A stretch of 64,000 nucleotides of DNA from assembly GCA_964631875.1 (NCBI GenBank), contig CAZWAN010000004.1, positions 13,998-77,997 of the forward strand, written 5' to 3'. The stretch comes from an uncultured Flavobacteriaceae bacterium (GTDB lineage Bacteria; Bacteroidota; Bacteroidia; Flavobacteriales; Flavobacteriaceae). The stretch's first letter is position 1; every line of letters starts with the position of its first letter. The notes under the pieces are model-generated. The model saw nothing but the letters and a program-made list of their open reading frames with translations. It was not told the DNA's origin and did no database searches. Shown here piece by piece: positions 29,845 to 38,242 of the stretch. Both the position numbers and the translations under genes were made by a program.

Positions 29845-32535
29845 ATGGTAAAAAAAATAAATTGCTTTATACTTCTTTTACCCCTCTTATATTCCCTAAA
29901 TTTCTTCGGACAAACAATGGGCAATTGGCGGGAGCTATCATCTGTAATTTCACATGATGAGCTGTTTCAAGATAAGCCAAAACCTACGGATTTTACTCTA
30001 TTTGATTTAGATATCAATGTGCTGGAAAAGCAGATCATAAATAAAAGTCCTGACGAAATATTAAGATTTAAGCTCCCTACTTCCAAGGAAGGGTTTGAGG
30101 TTTTTGAATTAAAAAGTAGCGACGTTGTTCATCCTGATTTACAAAAAAAATATCCGGCACTTCGAAGTTATCAAGGAAAAAGCGAGGAATCTTCAAAGCG
30201 GGTCAGGTTGTCATTTACGCCTCAGGGTTTGAATGCGATGATTATTGATGAGGGCAGGAATATTCAATTTATTGAGCCAAGTTCTCAGAATCAAAGTAAA
30301 TATATTTCATACAAAAGAGACGATCTGAAGAATATTGCCAACGATTTTTTGTGCAAAACTGAAAACTTATCTTCTTTTCAGGAAAAAGGGGTTCTAGCCA
30401 AAAATTTTAACGATTTAAAAATGCGGACATTTCGCTTGGCTTTAGCTTGTACAGGTGAGTATGCACAATTTCACATAGCGCGAGCCGGCATTCAAAATGC
30501 GACAGATGCGCAAAAAAAAATATTGATTTTGGGAGAAATGGTCATTGCGATTAGCAGAATAAATGAAATTTATGAAAATGACCTATCTATCCGTTTTCAA
30601 ATTATTCCGGGGAATGATCAATTAATTTATTTAGACGGAACAACTGATCCGTATACCAATAATTCGGGAAGTACCATGTTAAATGAGAACCAGACAAATA
30701 TCGATAATGTGATAGGCGCGGTGAACTACGATATTGGTCATGTTTTCAGTACGGGAGGAGGAGGTTTGGCCGCATTGGCTTCTGCATGTACGAGTTCAAA
30801 GGCTAAGGGAGTTACGGGTTCGAGTAATCCGGTTGGTGATCGGTATTATTTCGATTTTGTGGCACATGAATTTGGTCACCAGTTGGGAGCAAACCATACT
30901 TTTAATGGAACAGCACTTAATTGCGGGGGGGATACGAGAAATTTAGCAACTGCCGTCGAACCCGGTAGCGGATCTACTTTGATGGCCTATGCGGGTTTAT
31001 GCGCACCACAGAATGTTCAAGGCAGCAGTGATTTGTATTTTCATACCATCAGCATCAAAGAAATTTGGAATAATGTAAGTGCCGGAAGAAGTACTTGCGC
31101 TGCTACTATTACCTTAACCCAAAATAAAAATGTTCCGAGTGTGAATGCCGGATCCGATTTCACCATTCCAAAATCTACTCCTTATATATTGAGAGGTTCA
31201 GGAAGCGATGCAGATAATGATCCCATCTCGTTTTGTTGGGAGCAAATTGATGCAGGAGCAACCACCGTGCCCCCAAGTGCGACTGCAACAAGCGGAGCAA
31301 TCTATCGTTCTGTCGTTCCAAAGGTGAGTCCGAATCGGTATATGCCCGAATTAAAAACAGTTATTTCAGGCAGTTTATCAAGTACCTGGGAAGTAACACC
31401 AAGCGTATCCAGAAACATGAATTTTACCCTGACAGCAAGAGATAATAACAGTGAAGGCGGACAATCGGCCTCAGATGACATGAAAGTTACTGTAACTGAT
31501 GCTGCCGGTCCATTTGTTGTTACCTCTCAAAATGAGGATAATTTAGTCTGGGCAAAGAACAGTTCTCAGGTTATCAGGTGGGATGTAGCGGGAACAACAG
31601 CAAACAATATAAATGCTGCCAATGTCAATATTTATTTGTCTACTGATGGGGGCCTTACTTTTAACGAACCACTCAAGTTAAATACGCCAAATGATGGTGA
31701 AGAAAGTATTCAAGCGCCAAATACGGGATATCCTGTTTGCTATGTCATGGTGGCTGCGGCAAATAATATATTTTATTCGGTCAATAAAAAAGCATTTTCG
31801 GTGGGTACATTTGTCGAAGATTGTAACAATTTTGTTTCTACAGATGTTCCTAAGAAAATTCCGGATAACAATCTGGTTGGAATAATTTCGCAAATAAACG
31901 TGCCGAGCAATGTCAAAATAGAAAAACTGGAGGTTTCAGTAAATATTCAGCATACTTACGTAAATGATCTGCAATTAGATTTAATAAGTCCAACAGGTAA
32001 AAGTATTACGCTGATGAAAAATCAATGTTTTGGACCTGAATATGATGATATTGTAGCGACTTATTCGGTTGATGGAAGCGAAATTGTGTGCAGCATTACT
32101 GCTCCCAGTATTGAAGGGATTATTAAACCACAAGACGACTTACAGGTATTTAACGGGGATGATTCTCTGGGAATCTGGCGCTTAAGAGTGATTGACAATG
32201 CCGCGGAGGATGTAGGTTCAATATTAGGTTGGAGCCTCAATATATGTACCAATGAGGAAGTGTTGAGCAACGATAGTTTTGCCTTAGAAAATTTCAATAT
32301 TTATCCTAACCCTACGGAGAATCATTTTACGGTGTCTTTTTCATCTGACCAAACAGGAAGTACAAACCTGATAATTTATGATATGTTGGGAAGAGAAATT
32401 ATGCAAAAGCAATATACATCCGAAGGCATTCGATTCAGAGAAGATGTTTTTTTACCTAAAATTCAAAAAGGAATATATTTCGTCAAAGTGTCAAGAGGAA
32501 ATCAAGCTTCAACAAAGAAGTTGATCTTGAAATAA
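29845..32535 (+). CDS. secreted reprolysin-like zinc metalloprotease with proprotein-convertase P-domain and T9SS C-terminal sorting domain
   Basis: HEFGHQLGANH zincin motif. P-domain-like segment (VNIQHTYVNDLQLDLISPTGKS...GIWRLRVIDNAAEDVGSILGWSLNI). C-terminal NIYPNPTENHFTV...GIYFVKV...KKLILK, typical of T9SS type A CTDs. Confidence 0.8.
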   Translation: MVKKINCFILLLPLLYSLNFFGQTMGNWRELSSVISHDELFQDKPKPTDFTLFDLDINVLEKQIINKSPDEILRFKLPTSKEGFEVFELKSSDVVHPDLQKKYPALRSYQGKSEESSKRVRLSFTPQGLNAMIIDEGRNIQFIEPSSQNQSKYISYKRDDLKNIANDFLCKTENLSSFQEKGVLAKNFNDLKMRTFRLALACTGEYAQFHIARAGIQNATDAQKKILILGEMVIAISRINEIYENDLSIRFQIIPGNDQLIYLDGTTDPYTNNSGSTMLNENQTNIDNVIGAVNYDIGHVFSTGGGGLAALASACTSSKAKGVTGSSNPVGDRYYFDFVAHEFGHQLGANHTFNGTALNCGGDTRNLATAVEPGSGSTLMAYAGLCAPQNVQGSSDLYFHTISIKEIWNNVSAGRSTCAATITLTQNKNVPSVNAGSDFTIPKSTPYILRGSGSDADNDPISFCWEQIDAGATTVPPSATATSGAIYRSVVPKVSPNRYMPELKTVISGSLSSTWEVTPSVSRNMNFTLTARDNNSEGGQSASDDMKVTVTDAAGPFVVTSQNEDNLVWAKNSSQVIRWDVAGTTANNINAANVNIYLSTDGGLTFNEPLKLNTPNDGEESIQAPNTGYPVCYVMVAAANNIFYSVNKKAFSVGTFVEDCNNFVSTDVPKKIPDNNLVGIISQINVPSNVKIEKLEVSVNIQHTYVNDLQLDLISPTGKSITLMKNQCFGPEYDDIVATYSVDGSEIVCSITAPSIEGIIKPQDDLQVFNGDDSLGIWRLRVIDNAAEDVGSILGWSLNICTNEEVLSNDSFALENFNIYPNPTENHFTVSFSSDQTGSTNLIIYDMLGREIMQKQYTSEGIRFREDVFLPKIQKGIYFVKVSRGNQASTKKLILK

Positions 32536-32653
32536 ATTATGAATGTAACAATTAAGTCTTTTTTTTTTAAATTTTCCTAATTTTTTGCATTGGATAATCT
32601 TGATATTCCGAAAAAATTGTATTTTTCCCGACTTTAACTACAATTTGAATTAT

Positions 32654-35389
32654 ATGAAATCTATCTTTTTGACATTGATGATCTTTTTCGCATGTACTGC
32701 TATGTACGCTCAAACGGAAGTGTCCGGAAAAGTAATCGATGCCGTAAATAACGAGCCGATACCCGGCGTGAATGTAAAAATTATCGGAGGAACCACAGGT
32801 GCTTCTACTGATTTTGACGGGTTATTCTCGATAAATACGACTTCGACACCACCTTTTACACTAGAATTTACTTCGGTCGGTTATGATCGTCAAACTTTTG
32901 AAGTAACCAATGCAGATCAGGAAATTACAATCACTTTACAAGAGAGCCAGACTACTTTAGATGAAGTGGTGGTTTCGGCTTCAAGAACACCTGAAAGTAT
33001 ATTTGAGTCGCCTGTGACTGTAGAAACGATGTCGTTGAAAGATATTAAAAATACAGCCTCGCCGGACTTTTATGATGGCCTGGAAAATTTGAAAGGTGTT
33101 GATATCAATACAAACAGTTTAACATTTAAATCGATCAACACAAGAGGTTTTTCAACTTTTTCCAATACGCGTTTTATGCAATTAGTGGATGGAATGGATA
33201 ATTCTGCGCCTGCATTGAACTTCCCATTAGGGAACTTATTGGGAATGACTGAAACTGATGTGCACAGTATAGAATTATTACCAGGTGCTTCATCAGCCTT
33301 ATATGGTGCGAATGCATTTAACGGAATTCTTTTTATGACCAGTAAAAATCCGTTTGATTTTCATGGGGTTAGTGCCAGTGTAAAAGCGGGAGTTACCTCT
33401 CAAGATGTGGCAGGAACTAATTTCTTCTATGATGTGAGCGCCAGGTATGGGGTGAAATTCAATGAGAAAATTGCTGCCAAGATTAACTTGGGTTACTTAA
33501 AAGGAACAGATTGGCATGCCGACAATCAGCAAGATAGGTTTATCAAAGGAAATACAAGAGAAAATTATAATTACGATGGTCTGAATGTGTATGGAGATGA
33601 AGTATCTACCAACATTAGAGCTGCTTCGGGCGGACTTGGTATTATTCCGGACGTAGTAGTAAGTAGAACCGGTTATCGCGAAAATACCCTTACCAATTAT
33701 AATGCCGAAAGTTTTAAGGCAGATTGGGGCGTGTATATCAGACCTTGGGAAAATGATGTTGAGTTTTCTTATGTTGGAAAATACGGTTCAGGAAATACTA
33801 TTTATCAGGGTACGAACCGATACAACATCAAAAACTTTAATATGCAGCAGCATAAACTAGAGGTGAGAAGTAATAACTTCTTTGTAAGAGGATACGTAGT
33901 GGCTGATGATGCGGGTGATTCATATGATATGGTTTTTACAGGAGTTAATATTAACAGACGATGGAAATCGGATATACAATGGTTTGGAGAGTATATCCAA
34001 ACATTTGCAGGTGCGACCTTGGGTGGCGCAACTGAGGATGAAGCCCATAAAGTTGCCAGAGCTGCAGCAGATACCGGAAGATTTGAGCCGGGTTCGGCAG
34101 AATTTAAAAATGCCTTTAATGAGATCATTAAAGATCCTGATTTTAGTACTGGATCCAAATTTCAGGATGAATCTAGATTTTATCACGGAGATGCGAATTA
34201 TAACTTCAGTCATTTATGGGATTGGGCGGATATTCAAGTAGGAGGATCATACAGAATGTATGAATTAAACTCTAAAGGATCTATCTATACAGATCTAGAT
34301 GGTCCGATTAACTATTCTGAATACGGCGCTTACACACAATTACAAAAGAAGTTTTTAGCAGAAGAGAGATTAAAATTGACTGCTTCAGTGCGTTATGATA
34401 AATCGGAATTATTTGATGGATTCTTTTCGCCAAGAATTTCTTTGGGCTATACAGCCGGAGCAACTCAAAGTCATAATTTTAGGGGGTCTGTTCAAACGGG
34501 TTTCAGAAATCCAACGACACAAGATTTATTTATTGGCCTTGATGCTGGTAGAGCTGTCTTAGTGGGTTCTGCCAAATCTAATTTAGATCGCGATACCAGA
34601 ACCTATAGTGTTTCTCAAAGTGGTCAAAATTTAGGGGTTCCGGCACAGGTTAGTGTTGTAGGAAGACAGGCTTATGAAAATTCATTTACAGTGAGTTCTG
34701 TGCAAGCCGGAGCACCCAGGGCATCTGATATCAATTTGGTAAAACCTGAACAGGTGACTTCTTTTGAACTTGGCTATAGAGGGAAATATAATAGAATCAT
34801 TGTAGATCTTAATGCTTATTACAACAAGTACAAAGATTTTATTTCGAATGAAAATGTACTCGTGCCTTTATACGGAACAGTGGGAGATAATTCTTTATCT
34901 TTGGCTGCTTTGCAATTTGGCGACTATGAAGTTTATCAGACTTATACCAACTCTGATGCTGACGTAAACTCTTATGGAGGATCAATTTCTCTTTCTACAA
35001 AAGTATTTGGTAATTATGATCTTTCAGGTAATTATACTTTTGCTAAGCAAGATTTTGATCAAGCCAAATACCCTGACTTTAGAACTAGCTTCAACACGCC
35101 AGAGCACAAAGTTAAGATGATGTTCGGTAATTCGAATGTTTATGAAAACTTAGGGTTCAATATTGCGTGGAGATGGAGTGATGCTTATTTCTGGCAAGCA
35201 ACTTTTGGTGATGGAGATATTCCTGCTTACCACACGATGGATGCGCAGGTAAATTATGCACTACCATCTTTAAAATCTGTAATCAAAGTTGGGGCATCAA
35301 ACCTCTTTGGTCAAGATTATTTTACAGCTTTCGGTACTGGTTTTGTCGGTTCGCAGTATTATGTATCCTGGGTTGTAGGCAATTTCTAA
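32654..35389 (+). CDS. TonB-dependent outer-membrane receptor with N-terminal carboxypeptidase-regulatory-like domain
   Basis: Signal peptide, then VSGKVIDAVNNEPIPGVNVKI (CarbopepD_reg-like), plug region (DEVVVSASRTPE...), and a long beta-barrel ending in F. ATG 32654 preferred to the upstream alternative start. Confidence 0.85.
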   Translation: MKSIFLTLMIFFACTAMYAQTEVSGKVIDAVNNEPIPGVNVKIIGGTTGASTDFDGLFSINTTSTPPFTLEFTSVGYDRQTFEVTNADQEITITLQESQTTLDEVVVSASRTPESIFESPVTVETMSLKDIKNTASPDFYDGLENLKGVDINTNSLTFKSINTRGFSTFSNTRFMQLVDGMDNSAPALNFPLGNLLGMTETDVHSIELLPGASSALYGANAFNGILFMTSKNPFDFHGVSASVKAGVTSQDVAGTNFFYDVSARYGVKFNEKIAAKINLGYLKGTDWHADNQQDRFIKGNTRENYNYDGLNVYGDEVSTNIRAASGGLGIIPDVVVSRTGYRENTLTNYNAESFKADWGVYIRPWENDVEFSYVGKYGSGNTIYQGTNRYNIKNFNMQQHKLEVRSNNFFVRGYVVADDAGDSYDMVFTGVNINRRWKSDIQWFGEYIQTFAGATLGGATEDEAHKVARAAADTGRFEPGSAEFKNAFNEIIKDPDFSTGSKFQDESRFYHGDANYNFSHLWDWADIQVGGSYRMYELNSKGSIYTDLDGPINYSEYGAYTQLQKKFLAEERLKLTASVRYDKSELFDGFFSPRISLGYTAGATQSHNFRGSVQTGFRNPTTQDLFIGLDAGRAVLVGSAKSNLDRDTRTYSVSQSGQNLGVPAQVSVVGRQAYENSFTVSSVQAGAPRASDINLVKPEQVTSFELGYRGKYNRIIVDLNAYYNKYKDFISNENVLVPLYGTVGDNSLSLAALQFGDYEVYQTYTNSDADVNSYGGSISLSTKVFGNYDLSGNYTFAKQDFDQAKYPDFRTSFNTPEHKVKMMFGNSNVYENLGFNIAWRWSDAYFWQATFGDGDIPAYHTMDAQVNYALPSLKSVIKVGASNLFGQDYFTAFGTGFVGSQYYVSWVVGNF

Positions 35390-35411
35390 TTAACTAAAAA
35401 AAATAATTCTT

Positions 35412-36992
35412 ATGAGTTTTAAATTAAAATATACCTGGCTGCTATTATTTTTATTTGTTTTTGCAGCATGTGACGATGATAATGATAATCCGAATGATAA
35501 AAAGGTTGAATTAGTTCCCGGATCTGCTGATTTTAATACTTATGTAGCTTTGGGGAATTCATTAACAGCCGGATATACAGACAATGCTCTTTTTATTGCT
35601 AGTCAAAATAATTCATTTCCAAATTTGTTATCACAAAAATTTGCTCTTGTAGGCGGTGGAGACTTTTCACAACCAATCACAAACGATAATGTTGGTGGTT
35701 TACTTTTGGGCGGTAACGTTATTGCCAATCCGCGTCTGTTTTTCAATGGATCGGGACCTGCAATTTTGCCCGGAACTCCAACGACTGAGGTATCAAATGT
35801 TAAGCCTGGTCCGTATAACAACATGGGTGTTCCGGGAGCAAAGAGTTTTCATTTGTTAGCACCCGGATATGGAAATATTGCCGGTTTACCTAGTTTGGCA
35901 AATCCCTATTTTGTAAGAATGGCTTCAAGTCCTAATACTAGTGTAATTGCTGATGCAATGGCCTTAAATCCAACGTTTTTTTCCCTTTGGATAGGTAATA
36001 ATGACGTTCTTGGATATGCCACAACCGGAGGTGATGGCAGTAATCCTATAACGGATGAACCAACGTTCGATTTTGCAGTTACAACCTTGGTGAATACCTT
36101 AACTTCCAATGGAGCAAAGGGAATTATGGCAAATATACCTGATGTAACGGCAATACCTTATTTTACAACGGTACCTCACGATCCCTTAAGTCCTGCAAAT
36201 CCCGCTTTCGGACCCTTAATCCCGACTTTGAATTTAGTATACAGTGCACTGAATCAAATTTATGTGGCTATAGGACAACCTGAAAGAGTTGTTGTATTTT
36301 CGGAAAATGAGGCCAGTCCTGTGGTTATTAATGATGAAAATTTATCTAATATTTCGGAACAGATCACGAGTATTTTACTGTCCAATCCAAATTTTGGTGC
36401 CTTTTTGGATCAACTGGGTTTACCCCCGCAAGCTGCACCTCAAGTGGCTTATCTATTAGGGATCACTTATGGTCAGTCGAGACAGGCCAATGAAAATGAC
36501 CTATTGGTTTTGCCAAGTTCAACAGTTATCGGCACGGTTAATCAGGCACGGTCTGCTTTCTTACAAAGTCAGGGACTATCAAAAGATTTTGCTGATCAAT
36601 TCTCTACGGAAGGTGTTACCTTACCATTAGCCGATAAATGGATATTGATCCCTTCAGAACAGGTTGAAGTGAAAAATGCAACGTCATCATTTAATACCAT
36701 CATCAAAAGAGAAGCCGATAAAGCCGGTCTGGCATTTTTGGATGCACATGCTTTTATGGTGCAACTAGCTAGTAGTGGTGTTGAAAGTGGTAACTATATT
36801 TTGACATCTGATCTCGTTACAGGAGGAGCCTTTTCACTAGACGGTGTTCATTTAACAGCAAGAGGTTATGGGCTCGTAGCCAATAAGATGTTAGAAGCCA
36901 TAGATGAGACCTATGGATCAAATTTTATGGAAGCAGGTGAGCTATTTGATATTGGCGATTATCCAACAAATTACAATCCTTTATTACAATAA
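35412..36992 (+). CDS. SGNH/GDSL-family hydrolase lipoprotein
   Basis: Lipobox FAAC; SGNH block I ALGNSLTAGY, block III WIGNNDVLGY, block V LDGVHLTARGY. 22 nt after the receptor gene. Confidence 0.8.
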   Translation: MSFKLKYTWLLLFLFVFAACDDDNDNPNDKKVELVPGSADFNTYVALGNSLTAGYTDNALFIASQNNSFPNLLSQKFALVGGGDFSQPITNDNVGGLLLGGNVIANPRLFFNGSGPAILPGTPTTEVSNVKPGPYNNMGVPGAKSFHLLAPGYGNIAGLPSLANPYFVRMASSPNTSVIADAMALNPTFFSLWIGNNDVLGYATTGGDGSNPITDEPTFDFAVTTLVNTLTSNGAKGIMANIPDVTAIPYFTTVPHDPLSPANPAFGPLIPTLNLVYSALNQIYVAIGQPERVVVFSENEASPVVINDENLSNISEQITSILLSNPNFGAFLDQLGLPPQAAPQVAYLLGITYGQSRQANENDLLVLPSSTVIGTVNQARSAFLQSQGLSKDFADQFSTEGVTLPLADKWILIPSEQVEVKNATSSFNTIIKREADKAGLAFLDAHAFMVQLASSGVESGNYILTSDLVTGGAFSLDGVHLTARGYGLVANKMLEAIDETYGSNFMEAGELFDIGDYPTNYNPLLQ

Positions 36993-36998
36993 TACAAG

Positions 36999-37023
36999 AG
37001 GCACCGAAAGGTGCCTTTTTTGA
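36999..37023 (+). terminator. intrinsic terminator
   Basis: AGGCACC-GAAA-GGTGCCT stem with a GNRA-type loop, followed by TTTTTTT, directly after the SGNH stop codon. Confidence 0.7.
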
Positions 37024-37035
37024 ATCAGTTTACTG

Positions 37036-38232
37036 ATGTTTAAAAGGACTTTTTTTTTATGGTTGTTTGGCATTGTTATTTTGGGACTTTTTACTTTGCT
37101 GTTTATGAGTTCCGGAAAAATGAATTCAGCTAAGGTTCCGGATGAATTTAATTTTGTCTTATGTGAAAACTGCCCTCCAGGATTTAAAATTTCCAATGAA
37201 AACACCTGTGAGAATATCAATTTGTATTTACAATATAATTCCCCAAACAATCAAGGCCTTGGAGGTTTAAGGATTGGTTTGCCAGAGGCAAGAGACGGAT
37301 TTACTCCGCAACAGATCGATTTAGGCAGGTATCTTTTTTTTGATCCCATTTTATCACACAACAACAAAATATCTTGTGCTACTTGTCATCATCCTGAGCT
37401 GGGCTTTAGTGATGGTAAAGCCAGATCAGAAGGAATAAATGGATCCGTGCTGAAAAGATCTGCGCCGAGTCTTTGGAATGTGGCCTATATGAAAAGACTG
37501 TTTTGGGATGCCCGAGTTAGTTCTCTTGAAGAACAAATGAAGGGACCTCTTTTTTCATTAGATGAAATGGCTTCAAGTCCTGAAGAAATTTTAAAAAAAC
37601 TGAATCAATCTGATGAATACAAAAGATTGTTCAAGCAAGCCTTTCACAGAAGGAATGAAAAAGATTCAATTCAAATAGATGAGATTTTAACGGCAATAGC
37701 GGCATTTGAAACTTCTCTGATAAGTTTGAACAGCAGGTACGATCAGTATGCACATGGGTATTCGAATGCGCTCAATGAAAAAGAAATTGAAGGAATGAAT
37801 ATTTTTAGATCTTTTGTTGCAAGATGCGCTGAATGTCATACGCCCCCCTTATTTTCCAATCAACAAATCGCCGTCATTGGAAGTCCTGAACCCAATCCTC
37901 AATTATTCGATGAAGGTGCACAGAAAACATTTAATGATGCCACTATGCGGGGAGGTTTCAAAGTGCCCAGTTTGAGGAATGTTGAAAAAACGGCTCCATA
38001 TATGCATTCAGGAAATTTTAAAACATTAAAAGAGACAATTCAATTTTACACAAAAGGGAGAGGGCATGCTGTGCCTAAAGAAGAAAATTTATATCTTCAT
38101 TGGCATATTTGGGAGCCCCAGTTGAGCGATGATGAAATAGATAGAATCAATGATTTCTTAAAAACATTAACAGACGAATCATTTATGCCTGAAATTCCCA
38201 AAAAAGTTCCTTCAGGACTTCCTTTATCTTAA
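37036..38232 (+). CDS. di-haem cytochrome c peroxidase / MauG family protein with N-terminal membrane anchor
   Basis: Two CXXCH motifs (CATCH at nt 37375-37389, and CAECH). LFWDAR and FKVPSLRNV...TAPYMHSG family motifs. N-terminal hydrophobic helix plus a CxxC...C segment. Confidence 0.8.
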   Translation: MFKRTFFLWLFGIVILGLFTLLFMSSGKMNSAKVPDEFNFVLCENCPPGFKISNENTCENINLYLQYNSPNNQGLGGLRIGLPEARDGFTPQQIDLGRYLFFDPILSHNNKISCATCHHPELGFSDGKARSEGINGSVLKRSAPSLWNVAYMKRLFWDARVSSLEEQMKGPLFSLDEMASSPEEILKKLNQSDEYKRLFKQAFHRRNEKDSIQIDEILTAIAAFETSLISLNSRYDQYAHGYSNALNEKEIEGMNIFRSFVARCAECHTPPLFSNQQIAVIGSPEPNPQLFDEGAQKTFNDATMRGGFKVPSLRNVEKTAPYMHSGNFKTLKETIQFYTKGRGHAVPKEENLYLHWHIWEPQLSDDEIDRINDFLKTLTDESFMPEIPKKVPSGLPLS

Positions 38233-38242
38233 AAATCATACT

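Noticed and set aside
33805-34241. Three overlapping 97-117-aa ORFs on both strands inside the TonB-dependent receptor gene
   Set aside because: They are fully nested in a strongly supported CDS, have no motifs, and have low-complexity or odd composition. Treated as frame-shadow ORFs. The same applies to 38998..39342, 38616..39043, 16220..16576, 13134..14256, 6336..6638, 1641..1958 and the other short nested ORFs in the track.
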